A stretch of 64,000 nt of DNA from an uncultured Solirubrobacterales bacterium (GTDB lineage Bacteria > Actinomycetota > Thermoleophilia > Solirubrobacterales > 70-9), in the NCBI GenBank assembly GCA_963740555.1, contig CAVUES010000007.1, positions 79,310 through 143,309 on the forward strand, written 5' to 3'. The translations under genes and the position numbers were made by a program. Of the stretch, positions 10,064 to 20,890 are shown one piece after another. The notes under the pieces are model-generated. The model did not search any database. It was not told where the DNA came from and saw nothing but the letters and a program-made list of their open reading frames with translations. The stretch's first letter is position 1. Every line of letters begins with the position of its first letter.

Positions 10064-10198
10064 ATGCACATGGGCGTATTCGAAATCAGGCAGGACTTGC
10101 AGCGGCTCGGGGCACGCTGGCTGCTGATCTGCGATCTGGTCGGTGGCCTGGTCGGCGCCGCGATCGCGGTCGCGGTGCTGGTGGCGGTTCTTAGCTAG
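10064..10198 (+). CDS. Candidate 44-aa small protein with a C-terminal TM helix
   Basis: ATG..TAG ORF (MHMGVFEIRQDLQRLGARWLLICDLVGGLVGAAIAVAVLVAVLS), found by hand below the track cut-off. It follows a locally AT-rich patch. There is no homology support. Confidence 0.25.
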   Translation: MHMGVFEIRQDLQRLGARWLLICDLVGGLVGAAIAVAVLVAVLS

Positions 10199-10206
10199 AG
10201 CGAGCT

Positions 10207-11877
10207 TCAGAGCGCCGGAGTGTGGCGCTCGACTATCCCCTGGAAGTCGGTGCCCGCGGGCAGCGTCCCGAACGCCCTGCCCCAATCGCCGTCCAGGCGC
10301 GAGGCGCAGAACGCGTCGGCGACCGCCGGATCTCCGTAGCGAACCAGCAGCGATCCCTGCAGGGCCAGCGCCATCCGCTCGACCAGCTCCCGCGCCCGCG
10401 TCTCCATCGTCTCGGGGTCCTTGCCGAGATCGTTGCGCAGCCGGCTCGCGAACTCGTCGAGTCGCGAATCCGCGACGGCTCCTTCGCCGACCTCATCGGC
10501 GAAGGCCTCGACGCTCTCGGGGTGACGGACCATCGCTCGCAGGACGTCCAGGCACTGGACGTTTCCCGATCCCTCCCAGATCGAGGAGAGGGGGCTCTCG
10601 CGGACGAGCCGCGGCATCCCCGATTCCTCGACGTAGCCGTTTCCGCCCAGGCACTCCAGGGCCTCCACCGCGTGCACCGGTCCGCGCTTGCAGATCCAAT
10701 ACTTGAGCACCGCGTTGGCGAGGCGCCGGAAGCGCCGCGCCGTCTCGTCTCCGGCCGCCGCTTCGTCGTAGGAGCGGGCCAGGCGCAGCGAAGAGACCGT
10801 CGCCGCCTCCGACTCGATGCAGAGGTCGGCGAGCACGTTGAGCATCAGCGGCTGCTCGGAAAGGAGCTTGCCGAAGGCGGAGCGGTGAGAGGCGTGCCAG
10901 GTTGCCTGCGCGACCCCCGCCCGCATCCCCGCGGTCGAGCCGATCACGCAATCGAGGCGGGTGTGGTTGACCATCTCGATGATCGTCGGCACGCCGCGCC
11001 CCTCCTCGCCGATCATCCGCGCCCAGGCGCCGCGGAACTCGACCTCGCTGGAAGCGTTCGATCGGTTGCCGAGCTTGTCCTTGAGCCGCTGGAGGTGGAA
11101 GCGGTTGCGCTCCCCGTCGGGGGTCCAGCGCGGCATCAAAAAGCAGGAGAGCCCGGCGTCGGCCTGGGCGAGGACCAGGAAGGCGTCGCACATCGGCGCC
11201 GAGCAGAACCACTTGTGGCCGGTGATCTCGTACTCGGCCCCGGGCCCGCCGCCGTTGAGCGGCTCGGCGACGGTGGTGTTGGCGCGCACGTCCGAGCCGC
11301 CTTGCTTCTCGGTCATCGCCATCCCGCAGAGCGCGCCGCGTTTCTGCTCGGCGGGCATTGAGCGCTGGTCGTAATCGAGCGAGAGAAAACGCGGCTCCCA
11401 TTCCTCGGCCAGCTCGGGCTGGGCCCGCAGCGCCGGGATCGCCGAGTAGGTCATCGAGATCGGACAGCCGACACCGCCCTCCGCCTGCATCAGCAGCATG
11501 AAGAGCGCCGCCCGCGCGACGTGGGCGCCGGGGCCGGGCTCGCGCCAGGGCGAGGCGTGCAGGCCCTCGGAGATCCCGAGCCGCATCAGTTCGTGCCAGG
11601 AGCTGTCGAACTCGACCTCGTCGATGCGATTTCCGAAGCGGTCGTGGGTGCGCAGCTCGGGCTCTTTCTCGTTCGCCTCGAAGCCCCAGCGGATCACCTG
11701 CGCCGAGCCGCAGACCTTGCCCCATTCGCGGCCCCGCTCCTCGGCCCAATCGGCGCCCTCCCTGCGCAGCGCCTCGACCATCGGGCGGTCCTGCTCGAAG
11801 GAGTTGAAGCCCTCCAGCGGCGTCGACTGGTTCGTGACCTCGTGCGTTGCCTGGCTGGGGCGCTCGACGGTTGACAT
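10207..11877 (-). CDS. aidB: AidB-like acyl-CoA dehydrogenase family protein
   Basis: GMAMTEKQGGSDVRANTT, LKDKLGNRSNASSEVEF and SIWEGSGNVQCLDVLR closely resemble E. coli AidB as I recall it. Start at MSTVERP (ATG at 11877). Confidence 0.85.
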   Translation of the reverse strand: MSTVERPSQATHEVTNQSTPLEGFNSFEQDRPMVEALRREGADWAEERGREWGKVCGSAQVIRWGFEANEKEPELRTHDRFGNRIDEVEFDSSWHELMRLGISEGLHASPWREPGPGAHVARAALFMLLMQAEGGVGCPISMTYSAIPALRAQPELAEEWEPRFLSLDYDQRSMPAEQKRGALCGMAMTEKQGGSDVRANTTVAEPLNGGGPGAEYEITGHKWFCSAPMCDAFLVLAQADAGLSCFLMPRWTPDGERNRFHLQRLKDKLGNRSNASSEVEFRGAWARMIGEEGRGVPTIIEMVNHTRLDCVIGSTAGMRAGVAQATWHASHRSAFGKLLSEQPLMLNVLADLCIESEAATVSSLRLARSYDEAAAGDETARRFRRLANAVLKYWICKRGPVHAVEALECLGGNGYVEESGMPRLVRESPLSSIWEGSGNVQCLDVLRAMVRHPESVEAFADEVGEGAVADSRLDEFASRLRNDLGKDPETMETRARELVERMALALQGSLLVRYGDPAVADAFCASRLDGDWGRAFGTLPAGTDFQGIVERHTPAL

Positions 11878-11902
11878 AGCCGCATTATGATCGGCTACGC
11901 CG

Positions 11903-12316
11903 ATGACCGACGTTGGGGAGACTCTCAGCCGGGTGCCGATATTCGCCGGACTCCGTGAAAAGGAGCGCAAGCAACTAGGCGAGCGGATGAGCGAGCGCAC
12001 CTTCAAGGAGGGCGACACGATCATCCAGCAGGGCCAGCGCGGGGTCGGCTTCTTCGTGATCGAGGAGGGCAACGCGACCGTCAGCATCAAGGGCGAGATC
12101 GTGCGCACCCTTGGGCCGGGCGAGTGGTTCGGAGAAATCGCGCTCATCGACGACGGACCGCGCTCGGCGACGATCGTCGCCGGCACAGACCTGCGCTGCC
12201 GCGGCATGACCGCCTGGGAATTCAGGCCCTTCGTGCAGGAGCGCCCGGAGGTCGCCTGGCCGCTGCTGGAGACGATGGCGGCGCGGCTTCGCGAAGCCGA
12301 AAAGCGCGCCGAGTGA
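11903..12316 (+). CDS. Stand-alone cyclic-nucleotide-binding (cNMP) domain protein
   Basis: Crp/PKA-type cNMP fold signature: FKEGDTIIQQGQRGVGFFVIEEG...GEWFGEIALIDDGPRSATIVA. 137 aa with no output domain. Confidence 0.85.
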   Translation: MTDVGETLSRVPIFAGLREKERKQLGERMSERTFKEGDTIIQQGQRGVGFFVIEEGNATVSIKGEIVRTLGPGEWFGEIALIDDGPRSATIVAGTDLRCRGMTAWEFRPFVQERPEVAWPLLETMAARLREAEKRAE

Positions 12317-12323
12317 GCGGGTT

Positions 12324-15300
12324 TCAGTTGGCCGGGAGCGTCCCGCCGAGCTGAGCGAAGCCCCGTTCCGCCTCGGCCCGGTGCTCGCCACCGAGCAGCC
12401 ATCGAGTGCGGGCGGCCTGGAAGGGGCACTCGATCTGCTCGAACATCTCCAGAGCTTGGCGAAGCCTTGCCTCGTCTCCGGCGCGGATGCCGTGGGCCCG
12501 CGACAGGATCCCCTGTGCGTAGCAATGCTCGCCGACACGCTCCTGCGCCCAGGCGATCGCTTCGTCGGTGTCAGGGCGCCCGACTCGGGCGTAGGCCTCG
12601 GCGCGGGCGGCCCGGTAGGGCGGGTCCCACCAGAAGCCCGAGCCTGGGTCGATGAATTGCTCGGCCGCCTGCTCGTGACGCCCGTAGTGGGTGTGGACCT
12701 CGGCGCGCCACATCAGAAGGCCGCCCCTCTGACCCCGCGTCTGTGCCATCCCCTCGGCGAAGCTGATCGATTCCTGGGCAGCCTGCTCGTCGCCGCGAAT
12801 GCCGTGGATCACGCCGACCGAGCCCATCGAGCCCTGGAAGGCCGCGATCGGGGGCCGTTCCGCCGCCACCCAGGCCTCGCGAACGCGCGAAGCCATCTCC
12901 AGCGCCGTGTCCCAGCGTCCGAGGAAGAAGGCGGGAAGGATGCCGCGCTGCCAGGCCCCGTAGACGATCCCGCGCGAGAGGTCGAACTCGCGGGCTTGCG
13001 ACGCGTACTCGGCGGCTTCGGCGAACTCGCCGGTCTGAAGCAGGCACTCGACCATCATGTGGAGGGCATCGCTTCGCTCGACGTCGGAGATCGGCGTGAT
13101 CGGCACCCGGTCCAGGAGCGTCATGCGCTCGCGGGTGTGCTCGACCCCGGCGCGGTGTCGGCCTGCATACCAGTCGGCGGAGGTGATCGCGTCAAGCGCG
13201 CTGGAGAGAAGGGTGGCGTCGCCGGTCTCGCGGCCGATCTGAAGCGCCACATTCGCGGGCCGCTCGATTTCGGCGTCGTCCTGCCTGTTCCAGGCGATCC
13301 ACGCCTCGTCCAGGCACAGCCACCCTTCGATGATCCGGTCGCCGGCCGGCGCGACCTCCCTCGCCCTGTCGAGCATCCCGCGCACCTCCTCGATCGGAAT
13401 CTCGCCGGTGATGCCGGCCATCCTCGTCCCGACTTCCACGGCCTTGGTCAATGCGACCGCCGCCGCCCGTGGATCGCCGGCTTGCTCCGCCGCCTCCGCC
13501 TCGCGGCGAAGCAGCTCGATGCCCTCATCGCCGCGCCAGCGGCGAAGCGCCAGTTCGGCCGCCGTGCGCAGGGGCGCGATCCTTCCCGAGTCCTCGGGGG
13601 CCATCTCGGCCGCCGACTCGTAGAGCTCCTGGGCGCGGGCGACGGCCCCGCGGCGGGCCGCGATCCGGCCCGCCTCCAGCGTCGCATCCAGGGCCGCTTC
13701 GGTCCGCTGCGGGGACGGGTCGAGCTCGGCCGCCTGAGAGAGATGGAAGGCGATCAGCTCGGCAAGCTCGGCGTGCCTCTGGCCGGCTCTGGACCGCACG
13801 CCGTCGGCGGCGCGCTCGTGAAGCCGGGCGCGCTCGGCTCGCGGAAGCGACGCGTAGGCGACGTCGCGGATCAGCTGATGGCGGAAGCTGAAGCGCCCCA
13901 GTCCGGTGGCGATCTGCTCCTCGACCAGCGCTCGGCGCTCGAGCCCGGCCAGAAGCTCGTCGCTCGACTCGCCGAGCAGGTCGGAGAGCAGGGCGGCGCG
14001 GAAGGTGTGGCCGAGCACCGAGGCGCACTGGAGCGCCCGTTTCTGCTCCGCCGGCAGGATGTCCATACGGGCGGCGATCGCCGCCTGAACCGTGTCCGGC
14101 ATCCGCTCGGCGAGCGTCATCCCGGGCTCCTCGACGATCCCCCGCGCCACCTCCTCGGCGAAGAACGGATTCCCTCCGGAGGCTTCCGCGGCGCGCGGCG
14201 CCAGCGAGCGGACCTCCTCGGGGACGAGGAACTCGACCAGGCGGGTCGCTGCCTCTCGCTTCAGCGGGCGCAGCTCGATCTGGGTCACGTTGCGAGTCGT
14301 GCGGCCGAAATCAGGTCGCCGCTCGGCGAGCTCGGGCCGGCTCGTGCAGAGCAGCAGAAGCGGAGCACCCTGGACCCGGAACACCGCCTCCTCGAGCAGG
14401 TCGAGCAATCCATCGTCGGCCCAATGGGCATCGTCGATCGCCAGCACCAGCGGGCGCTGTTCGGCGAGCAGGGCGACGAAGCGGCGCCACGCATGCCGCA
14501 GCTCCTCCTCGCTGACACCCGGATGTCTTTCTTCCTCTCCGCCGAGCGCGACGCTGAGCGCCGCCGCGATCTCGGTGGCGTCGTCGGCTCCCAGCCCCGC
14601 GAGCAGCTCGACCAGCGACGACTCCACCTCGGCCGCCGTCGCATCGGGGCCGAGGCAGGCGGCGTCGCGCAGAATCTCGCCCAGGGCCCAGAACGCGATC
14701 CCACGCCCGTAGGGAGGATTCCGCCCCACCAGCACCCGCGGGTGGTGCTCGTCGGAGCGAAGCTCGGTCATCAGTTCGCTCGCCAGCCGGGTCTTTCCGA
14801 TCCCAGCCTCGCCGGTGACGATCGCCAGCTCCGGGAGGCGCTCACGCACCGCACGCCGGTAGACGAGGCGCAACAGGTCGAGGTCGTCTTCGCGCCCGAT
14901 CAGGGGGGTGACCGGCTCTCTGCTCTCTGTCTCCCCGACCTCAAGTGCACGCCAGGACCGCACCGGACCGGGCATTCCCTTGGCCTCGATCGCCTGATTG
15001 GGCTCCAGGCGAGCGCGCCGGCAGTAGCGGGCGGCACGCTCGCCGACCAGCACCTCGCCGGGCTGCGCGGCCTGCTGGAGACGGGCGGCGACGTTGACGG
15101 CCTCGCCGGTCACCGACAGATCGCCGCCGCCGTCCTGGGCGAGCACCTCTCCGGCTTCGATGCCGATCCGCACCGCGAGGTCCTGATCGAGGCCCGCGAC
15201 CCGTTCGGCGAGGTCCAGCCCGGCGGCAACGGCGCGGTCAGGGTCGTCGCCGTGGGCCTGGGGAACGCCAAAGACCGCGAGAACGGCATCGCCGACGTAT

Positions 15301-15548
15301 TTCTCGATCGTCCCGCCGTGCTGGCGCAGCGAGTTGCGCGCCGTCTCGAAGAAGGGCTCGAGGCGACCGCGCAGCACCTCGGGATCCAGTTCGGCAGCCA
15401 TCTGCGTCGAGCCGACCAGGTCGACGAAGACCATCGTCGCCAGCTTGCGCTCGGCCCCCTCTCCGCCGTTCAGCGGGGTGCCGCAGTTGGAGCAGAAGCG
15501 GTCTCCCTCACCTGCTTCAGTGCCGCAATTCGCACACACCCGACCCAT
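12324..15548 (-). CDS. Zinc-ribbon / class III adenylate-guanylate cyclase / STAND P-loop ATPase / TPR-like multidomain protein
   Basis: CANCGTEAGEGDRFCSNCGTPL double zinc ribbon. Cyclase core MVFVDLVGST...KYVGDAVLAVFG...RIGIEAGEV. Walker A VTGEAGIGKTRL. Long helical-repeat C-terminus. An alternative start lies at 15641. Confidence 0.85.
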   Translation of the reverse strand: MGRVCANCGTEAGEGDRFCSNCGTPLNGGEGAERKLATMVFVDLVGSTQMAAELDPEVLRGRLEPFFETARNSLRQHGGTIEKYVGDAVLAVFGVPQAHGDDPDRAVAAGLDLAERVAGLDQDLAVRIGIEAGEVLAQDGGGDLSVTGEAVNVAARLQQAAQPGEVLVGERAARYCRRARLEPNQAIEAKGMPGPVRSWRALEVGETESREPVTPLIGREDDLDLLRLVYRRAVRERLPELAIVTGEAGIGKTRLASELMTELRSDEHHPRVLVGRNPPYGRGIAFWALGEILRDAACLGPDATAAEVESSLVELLAGLGADDATEIAAALSVALGGEEERHPGVSEEELRHAWRRFVALLAEQRPLVLAIDDAHWADDGLLDLLEEAVFRVQGAPLLLLCTSRPELAERRPDFGRTTRNVTQIELRPLKREAATRLVEFLVPEEVRSLAPRAAEASGGNPFFAEEVARGIVEEPGMTLAERMPDTVQAAIAARMDILPAEQKRALQCASVLGHTFRAALLSDLLGESSDELLAGLERRALVEEQIATGLGRFSFRHQLIRDVAYASLPRAERARLHERAADGVRSRAGQRHAELAELIAFHLSQAAELDPSPQRTEAALDATLEAGRIAARRGAVARAQELYESAAEMAPEDSGRIAPLRTAAELALRRWRGDEGIELLRREAEAAEQAGDPRAAAVALTKAVEVGTRMAGITGEIPIEEVRGMLDRAREVAPAGDRIIEGWLCLDEAWIAWNRQDDAEIERPANVALQIGRETGDATLLSSALDAITSADWYAGRHRAGVEHTRERMTLLDRVPITPISDVERSDALHMMVECLLQTGEFAEAAEYASQAREFDLSRGIVYGAWQRGILPAFFLGRWDTALEMASRVREAWVAAERPPIAAFQGSMGSVGVIHGIRGDEQAAQESISFAEGMAQTRGQRGGLLMWRAEVHTHYGRHEQAAEQFIDPGSGFWWDPPYRAARAEAYARVGRPDTDEAIAWAQERVGEHCYAQGILSRAHGIRAGDEARLRQALEMFEQIECPFQAARTRWLLGGEHRAEAERGFAQLGGTLPAN

Positions 15549-15674
15549 GAGCGCAAGATAGAGACCCTTCGCGCTCGCGGCATCCAGGGGCGAAGCCGAA
15601 GCCCCGCCGTCTATAGGATCACGCGCCGATGGCAGACACACCCGCAGTTGGCGCTCGACCCTCCATCAATCTCC

Positions 15675-17769
<2,095 letters not shown>

Positions 17770-17880
17770 GCCGCCAGGGATCAATCGCGGTGGCGCGCGG
17801 CCCTGTTGGGGTGGACTACTGAGCGGTTCCCGTGCGCCCACGGTCAAGCTCGACCGGCAGTTGCCGATGGCCTACGAGAG

Positions 17881-19341
17881 ATGTCCAAACCGCGCTCGAC
17901 GACCACGCCCGGTGAGGTGCGCGGCCCCGTTCCCAAGGAGAGAGGTGTCGGCGGCCTTCCAGCCGAGCCCGACGCGCTCGATGTACTGCCGGTCGGCGAG
18001 CCCGGGGTCTCCACGGGCAAGGTGGGGCCGCCGCAGCGGCGCCGACGCCATTACATCCGGCTGAATCTGAAGCTGTTTCTGGTGGCGTTCTTCAGTTTCG
18101 GCTGGGCCGGTCTCTCACTCTGGTTGGCGCTTCCCTGGATCGTCGAGCTCAGCCACTCGATCACCCTTCCCGGTGCGATCGTCCTGATCGGCGGCATCGC
18201 GATCATCCCCGGCTATCTCAACGCCAACCTCGTCTCCTCGCTGCTGATCGACCGGCCGCCGCCGCTCCGTTTCGACCTCGAGTTCCCAGCGATCACGGTG
18301 CTACTTGCCTGTTTCAACGAGGAGGGGACCATCGTGGAGACGCTCGACTACCTATGCGCCCAGGACTATCCGGCCGAGCTGCACATTTTGGTCGCCGACG
18401 ACGGCTCAACCGATCGAACTGCGGAGCTTGCTCGGCGGCGAGCGAAACGCGACGGGCGCATCTCAGTCGTTGAATTGCCCCACGCCGGCAAGGCCCGAGC
18501 CCTGACCAGTGGGCTTGCCCACGTCGAGACTTCGCTCGTCGCCACCGACGACGCGGACACGTTGCTGATGCCTTCCGCGCTGCGGCGCGCCGTTGCCCGC
18601 CTTCTGATCTCGCCCCCCGACACAGTCGCGGTCGCGGGCGCCGTCTTCGTGCGCAACTCACGCGACAACTTCATCACCCGCGCTCAGGAGTGGGACTACT
18701 TCCTCGGTATCGCCTCGGTGAAGCGGCAGCAGGGCCTGTTCCAGGGAACGATGGTCGCCCAAGGGGCGTTCAGCGTCTACCGCACCGCAGCGCTAAACGA
18801 AGCCGGCGGATGGCCCGACCGGATCGGGGAGGACATCGTCCTGACCTGGGCGATGATGCGGCGCGGGGGGCGGATCGGCTACGAGCGGACGGCAATCGCC
18901 TTCACCGGCGCCCCCCGTGACATGCGGCGGCTCGCCCGCCAGCGGAGTCGCTGGGCGCGGGGCATGATCGAGGGGCTACGCGAGCACGGCGGGGCTCTGA
19001 TCGCTGAACGTAAGTCCTTCGTCCACGCCGTGCTCGTCGACTTCGCCTTCCCCTACCTTGACCTTGTCTACGCGGTCGCATTCCCGATCGGCATCGTCCT
19101 GGCTCTGTTCGGCAACTTCGCGATCGTCGGGCCGATGACGCTTGCGGTGCTGCCGCTGAACCTGATCCTCTCCGGAATCATGTTTCGGCTCAGCCGGCAA
19201 TCGTTCGAGGAGGTCGGCCTGCAGGTTCGGCGCAACACACTCGGCTTCCTGGTCTACCTGCTCACCTACCAGCTATTCATGTCACCGGTCTCGGTGATCG
19301 GCTATGGGCAGGAGGTGTTTGGCCGCAAGCGGCGCTGGTAA
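17881..19341 (+). CDS. Processive family-2 glycosyltransferase (NodC/PgaC/cellulose-synthase-like), polytopic
   Basis: ITVLLACFNEE, VADDGSTD, TDDADT, GAFSVYR and QRSRWARG (QxxRW) motifs, flanked by TM helices. Start ATG 17881 preferred over 17806. Confidence 0.8.
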   Translation: MSKPRSTTTPGEVRGPVPKERGVGGLPAEPDALDVLPVGEPGVSTGKVGPPQRRRRHYIRLNLKLFLVAFFSFGWAGLSLWLALPWIVELSHSITLPGAIVLIGGIAIIPGYLNANLVSSLLIDRPPPLRFDLEFPAITVLLACFNEEGTIVETLDYLCAQDYPAELHILVADDGSTDRTAELARRRAKRDGRISVVELPHAGKARALTSGLAHVETSLVATDDADTLLMPSALRRAVARLLISPPDTVAVAGAVFVRNSRDNFITRAQEWDYFLGIASVKRQQGLFQGTMVAQGAFSVYRTAALNEAGGWPDRIGEDIVLTWAMMRRGGRIGYERTAIAFTGAPRDMRRLARQRSRWARGMIEGLREHGGALIAERKSFVHAVLVDFAFPYLDLVYAVAFPIGIVLALFGNFAIVGPMTLAVLPLNLILSGIMFRLSRQSFEEVGLQVRRNTLGFLVYLLTYQLFMSPVSVIGYGQEVFGRKRRW

Positions 19342-19357
19342 CGCGCGCCGGCCCACG

Positions 19358-19714
19358 TCACTTGGCCGGGTGGTACCCGCGGCCCTTCTTGCGGACCTGG
19401 CCTTCCTTCTGCAGGTCGCCCATCACCCGATAGAGGTAGTTGGGCTTGATCTTCATCTTCTTGGCGATCTCAGATGCGGTGATGCCGGGGCTATCGGTGA
19501 CGATCTTCACGGCTTGAGCGCCGCGCGTCCCACCGCGGCGCTTGCGGCGGCCACCGCCTGAGCCGGGTGGGCGTCCGGGCCGGCGCCGGCCTACGCGGCC
19601 GCCGGTCAGATCGGCGAGCGCGCGTTCGAGGCGAGCCCGCTCCTGGTCGAGCTCCTGAAGACGCTTTTGGACCAGCGCCCTGGCCTCGTTGAGTACGTTG
19701 CTGGTGTCCGCCAT
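19358..19714 (-). CDS. Small DNA-binding protein: N-terminal coiled coil, Arg/Gly-rich linker, C-terminal winged-HTH-like domain
   Basis: MADTSNVLNEARALVQKRLQELDQERARLE..GRRRPGRPPGSGGGRRKRRGG..ITASEIAKKMKIKPNYLYRVMGDLQKEGQVRK. Start ATG at 19714. Confidence 0.6.
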   Translation of the reverse strand: MADTSNVLNEARALVQKRLQELDQERARLERALADLTGGRVGRRRPGRPPGSGGGRRKRRGGTRGAQAVKIVTDSPGITASEIAKKMKIKPNYLYRVMGDLQKEGQVRKKGRGYHPAK

Positions 19715-19854
19715 TGATTCCTCTCTCCAATTGAGCCCTTTATCTACGAGCAGAGAGACTAGAGGACCGATGAAAGTGTGTGCTTTTTGAACTGTGTGTG
19801 GTTTGGCACTTCGTCCATGTGTGACAGTGGAATTTGTCCATATGTGAGTATGCG

Positions 19855-20805
19855 ATGAGCGTTGTTGCGATCGCCAGGGTGCTGCTGCCGGCCGGGCTCG
19901 GGCCGATCGAGGAGCGTGTGGAGGTTCGAGTCGGCGGTCCAGAGGCGTCACCCGCGCGGGTGCGGGAGATAGCCAAGGGCGCCGACGTCCTCGTTGCCGA
20001 TCCGACAGTCGGCGTCGATGCGGAGCTACTCGAAGCTGCAGGTCCGGGCCTGCGCCTGGTCGCCAACTTCGCGGTTGGCTACGACAACGTCGACGTCGAG
20101 GAGTGCCAGCGGCGCGGCGTGGCCGTCACCAACACGCCCGACGTGCTCACCAACGCCACCGCGGAGCTGGCGCTGGCCCTCACCCTGGCGGCGGCCAGGT
20201 TGCTGAGCGAAGGCGAGCGCGACCTGCGGGCAGGACGCTGGCACGGATGGGACCCGGCTGCCTACCGCGGGCTGGAGTTGAGCGGGGCCACCGTCGGGGT
20301 GGTGGGGCTGGGGCGTATCGGCGGTCGCTACGCGGAGCTGCTGGCCGGTTTCGAGGTCGAGCTGCTCTTCACGGCGCGGTCGGCGAAGCCGGAGGATGAG
20401 GCGCGGCTCGGCGCGAGCCGCGTGAAGCTGGAGGAGCTTCTGCGTCGCTCCGACGTCGTCAGCCTGCACGCGCCGGCCAATCCCGAGACCCACCACCTGA
20501 TCGACGCCGGCGCGCTCGCGTTGATGCGGGAGCGGGCGGTTCTCGTCAACACCGCGCGCGGTTCTCTGGTCGACCTCGCCGCGGTCGCCAAGGCGCTTCG
20601 GGAGGGACGTCTCGGAGCGGTGGGCCTGGATGTCTATGAGGGCGAGCCGAAGGTGCCAGACGAGATCCTGTCGGCGCCCCGCGCGGTGCTCGCCCCGCAC
20701 ATCGGCTCCGCCACGGTCAAGGCCCGCGACGCCATGGCCCGCACAGTGGCTGAGAACGTGATCGCATTCCTCGATGGCCGCGAACCGCCCAATCTTGTCG
20801 CGTGA
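19855..20805 (+). CDS. D-isomer-specific 2-hydroxyacid dehydrogenase (glyoxylate/hydroxypyruvate reductase-like)
   Basis: GLGRIGGRYAELL NAD-binding motif. The NTARGSLVD and APHIGSAT catalytic regions. Confidence 0.85.
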   Translation: MSVVAIARVLLPAGLGPIEERVEVRVGGPEASPARVREIAKGADVLVADPTVGVDAELLEAAGPGLRLVANFAVGYDNVDVEECQRRGVAVTNTPDVLTNATAELALALTLAAARLLSEGERDLRAGRWHGWDPAAYRGLELSGATVGVVGLGRIGGRYAELLAGFEVELLFTARSAKPEDEARLGASRVKLEELLRRSDVVSLHAPANPETHHLIDAGALALMRERAVLVNTARGSLVDLAAVAKALREGRLGAVGLDVYEGEPKVPDEILSAPRAVLAPHIGSATVKARDAMARTVAENVIAFLDGREPPNLVA

Positions 20806-20806
20806 G

Positions 20807-20879
20807 GGCCGGAGGGCGGGGGCCCTCTACAGCTAGCCAACCACCCCATAGCCCTAGCTCGGACCCCCGCCCACCGGCC
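20807..20879 (+). repeat. Copy 1 of a second repeat family: long GC stem enclosing the conserved core GCTAGCCAACCACCCCRTAGCCCTAGCTCGGACCCC
   Basis: Starts 2 nt after the dehydrogenase stop in a tail-to-tail gap. Outer arms GGCCGGAGGGCGGGGGCCC / GGACCCCCGCCCACCGGCC pair. The core is near-identical to 30288-30324. Confidence 0.65.
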
Positions 20880-20890
20880 TTCCACAACAA

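Noticed and set aside
11903-15548. Pycsar/CBASS-like anti-phage signalling pair (cyclase plus cNMP-binding protein)
   Set aside because: The cyclase is a class III domain embedded in a STAND/TPR regulator typical of actinobacterial signalling proteins. The cNMP-binding protein has no TM, TIR or nuclease effector. Nothing else in the neighbourhood looks defence-related.
12381-15674. Very long plus-strand ORF (1463 aa in the track) upstream of icd
   Set aside because: Only the last ~366 codons resemble a known protein (isocitrate dehydrogenase). The rest is antisense to the well-supported cyclase/STAND gene and has Arg/Gly/Pro-rich junk composition typical of off-frame ORFs in high-GC DNA.
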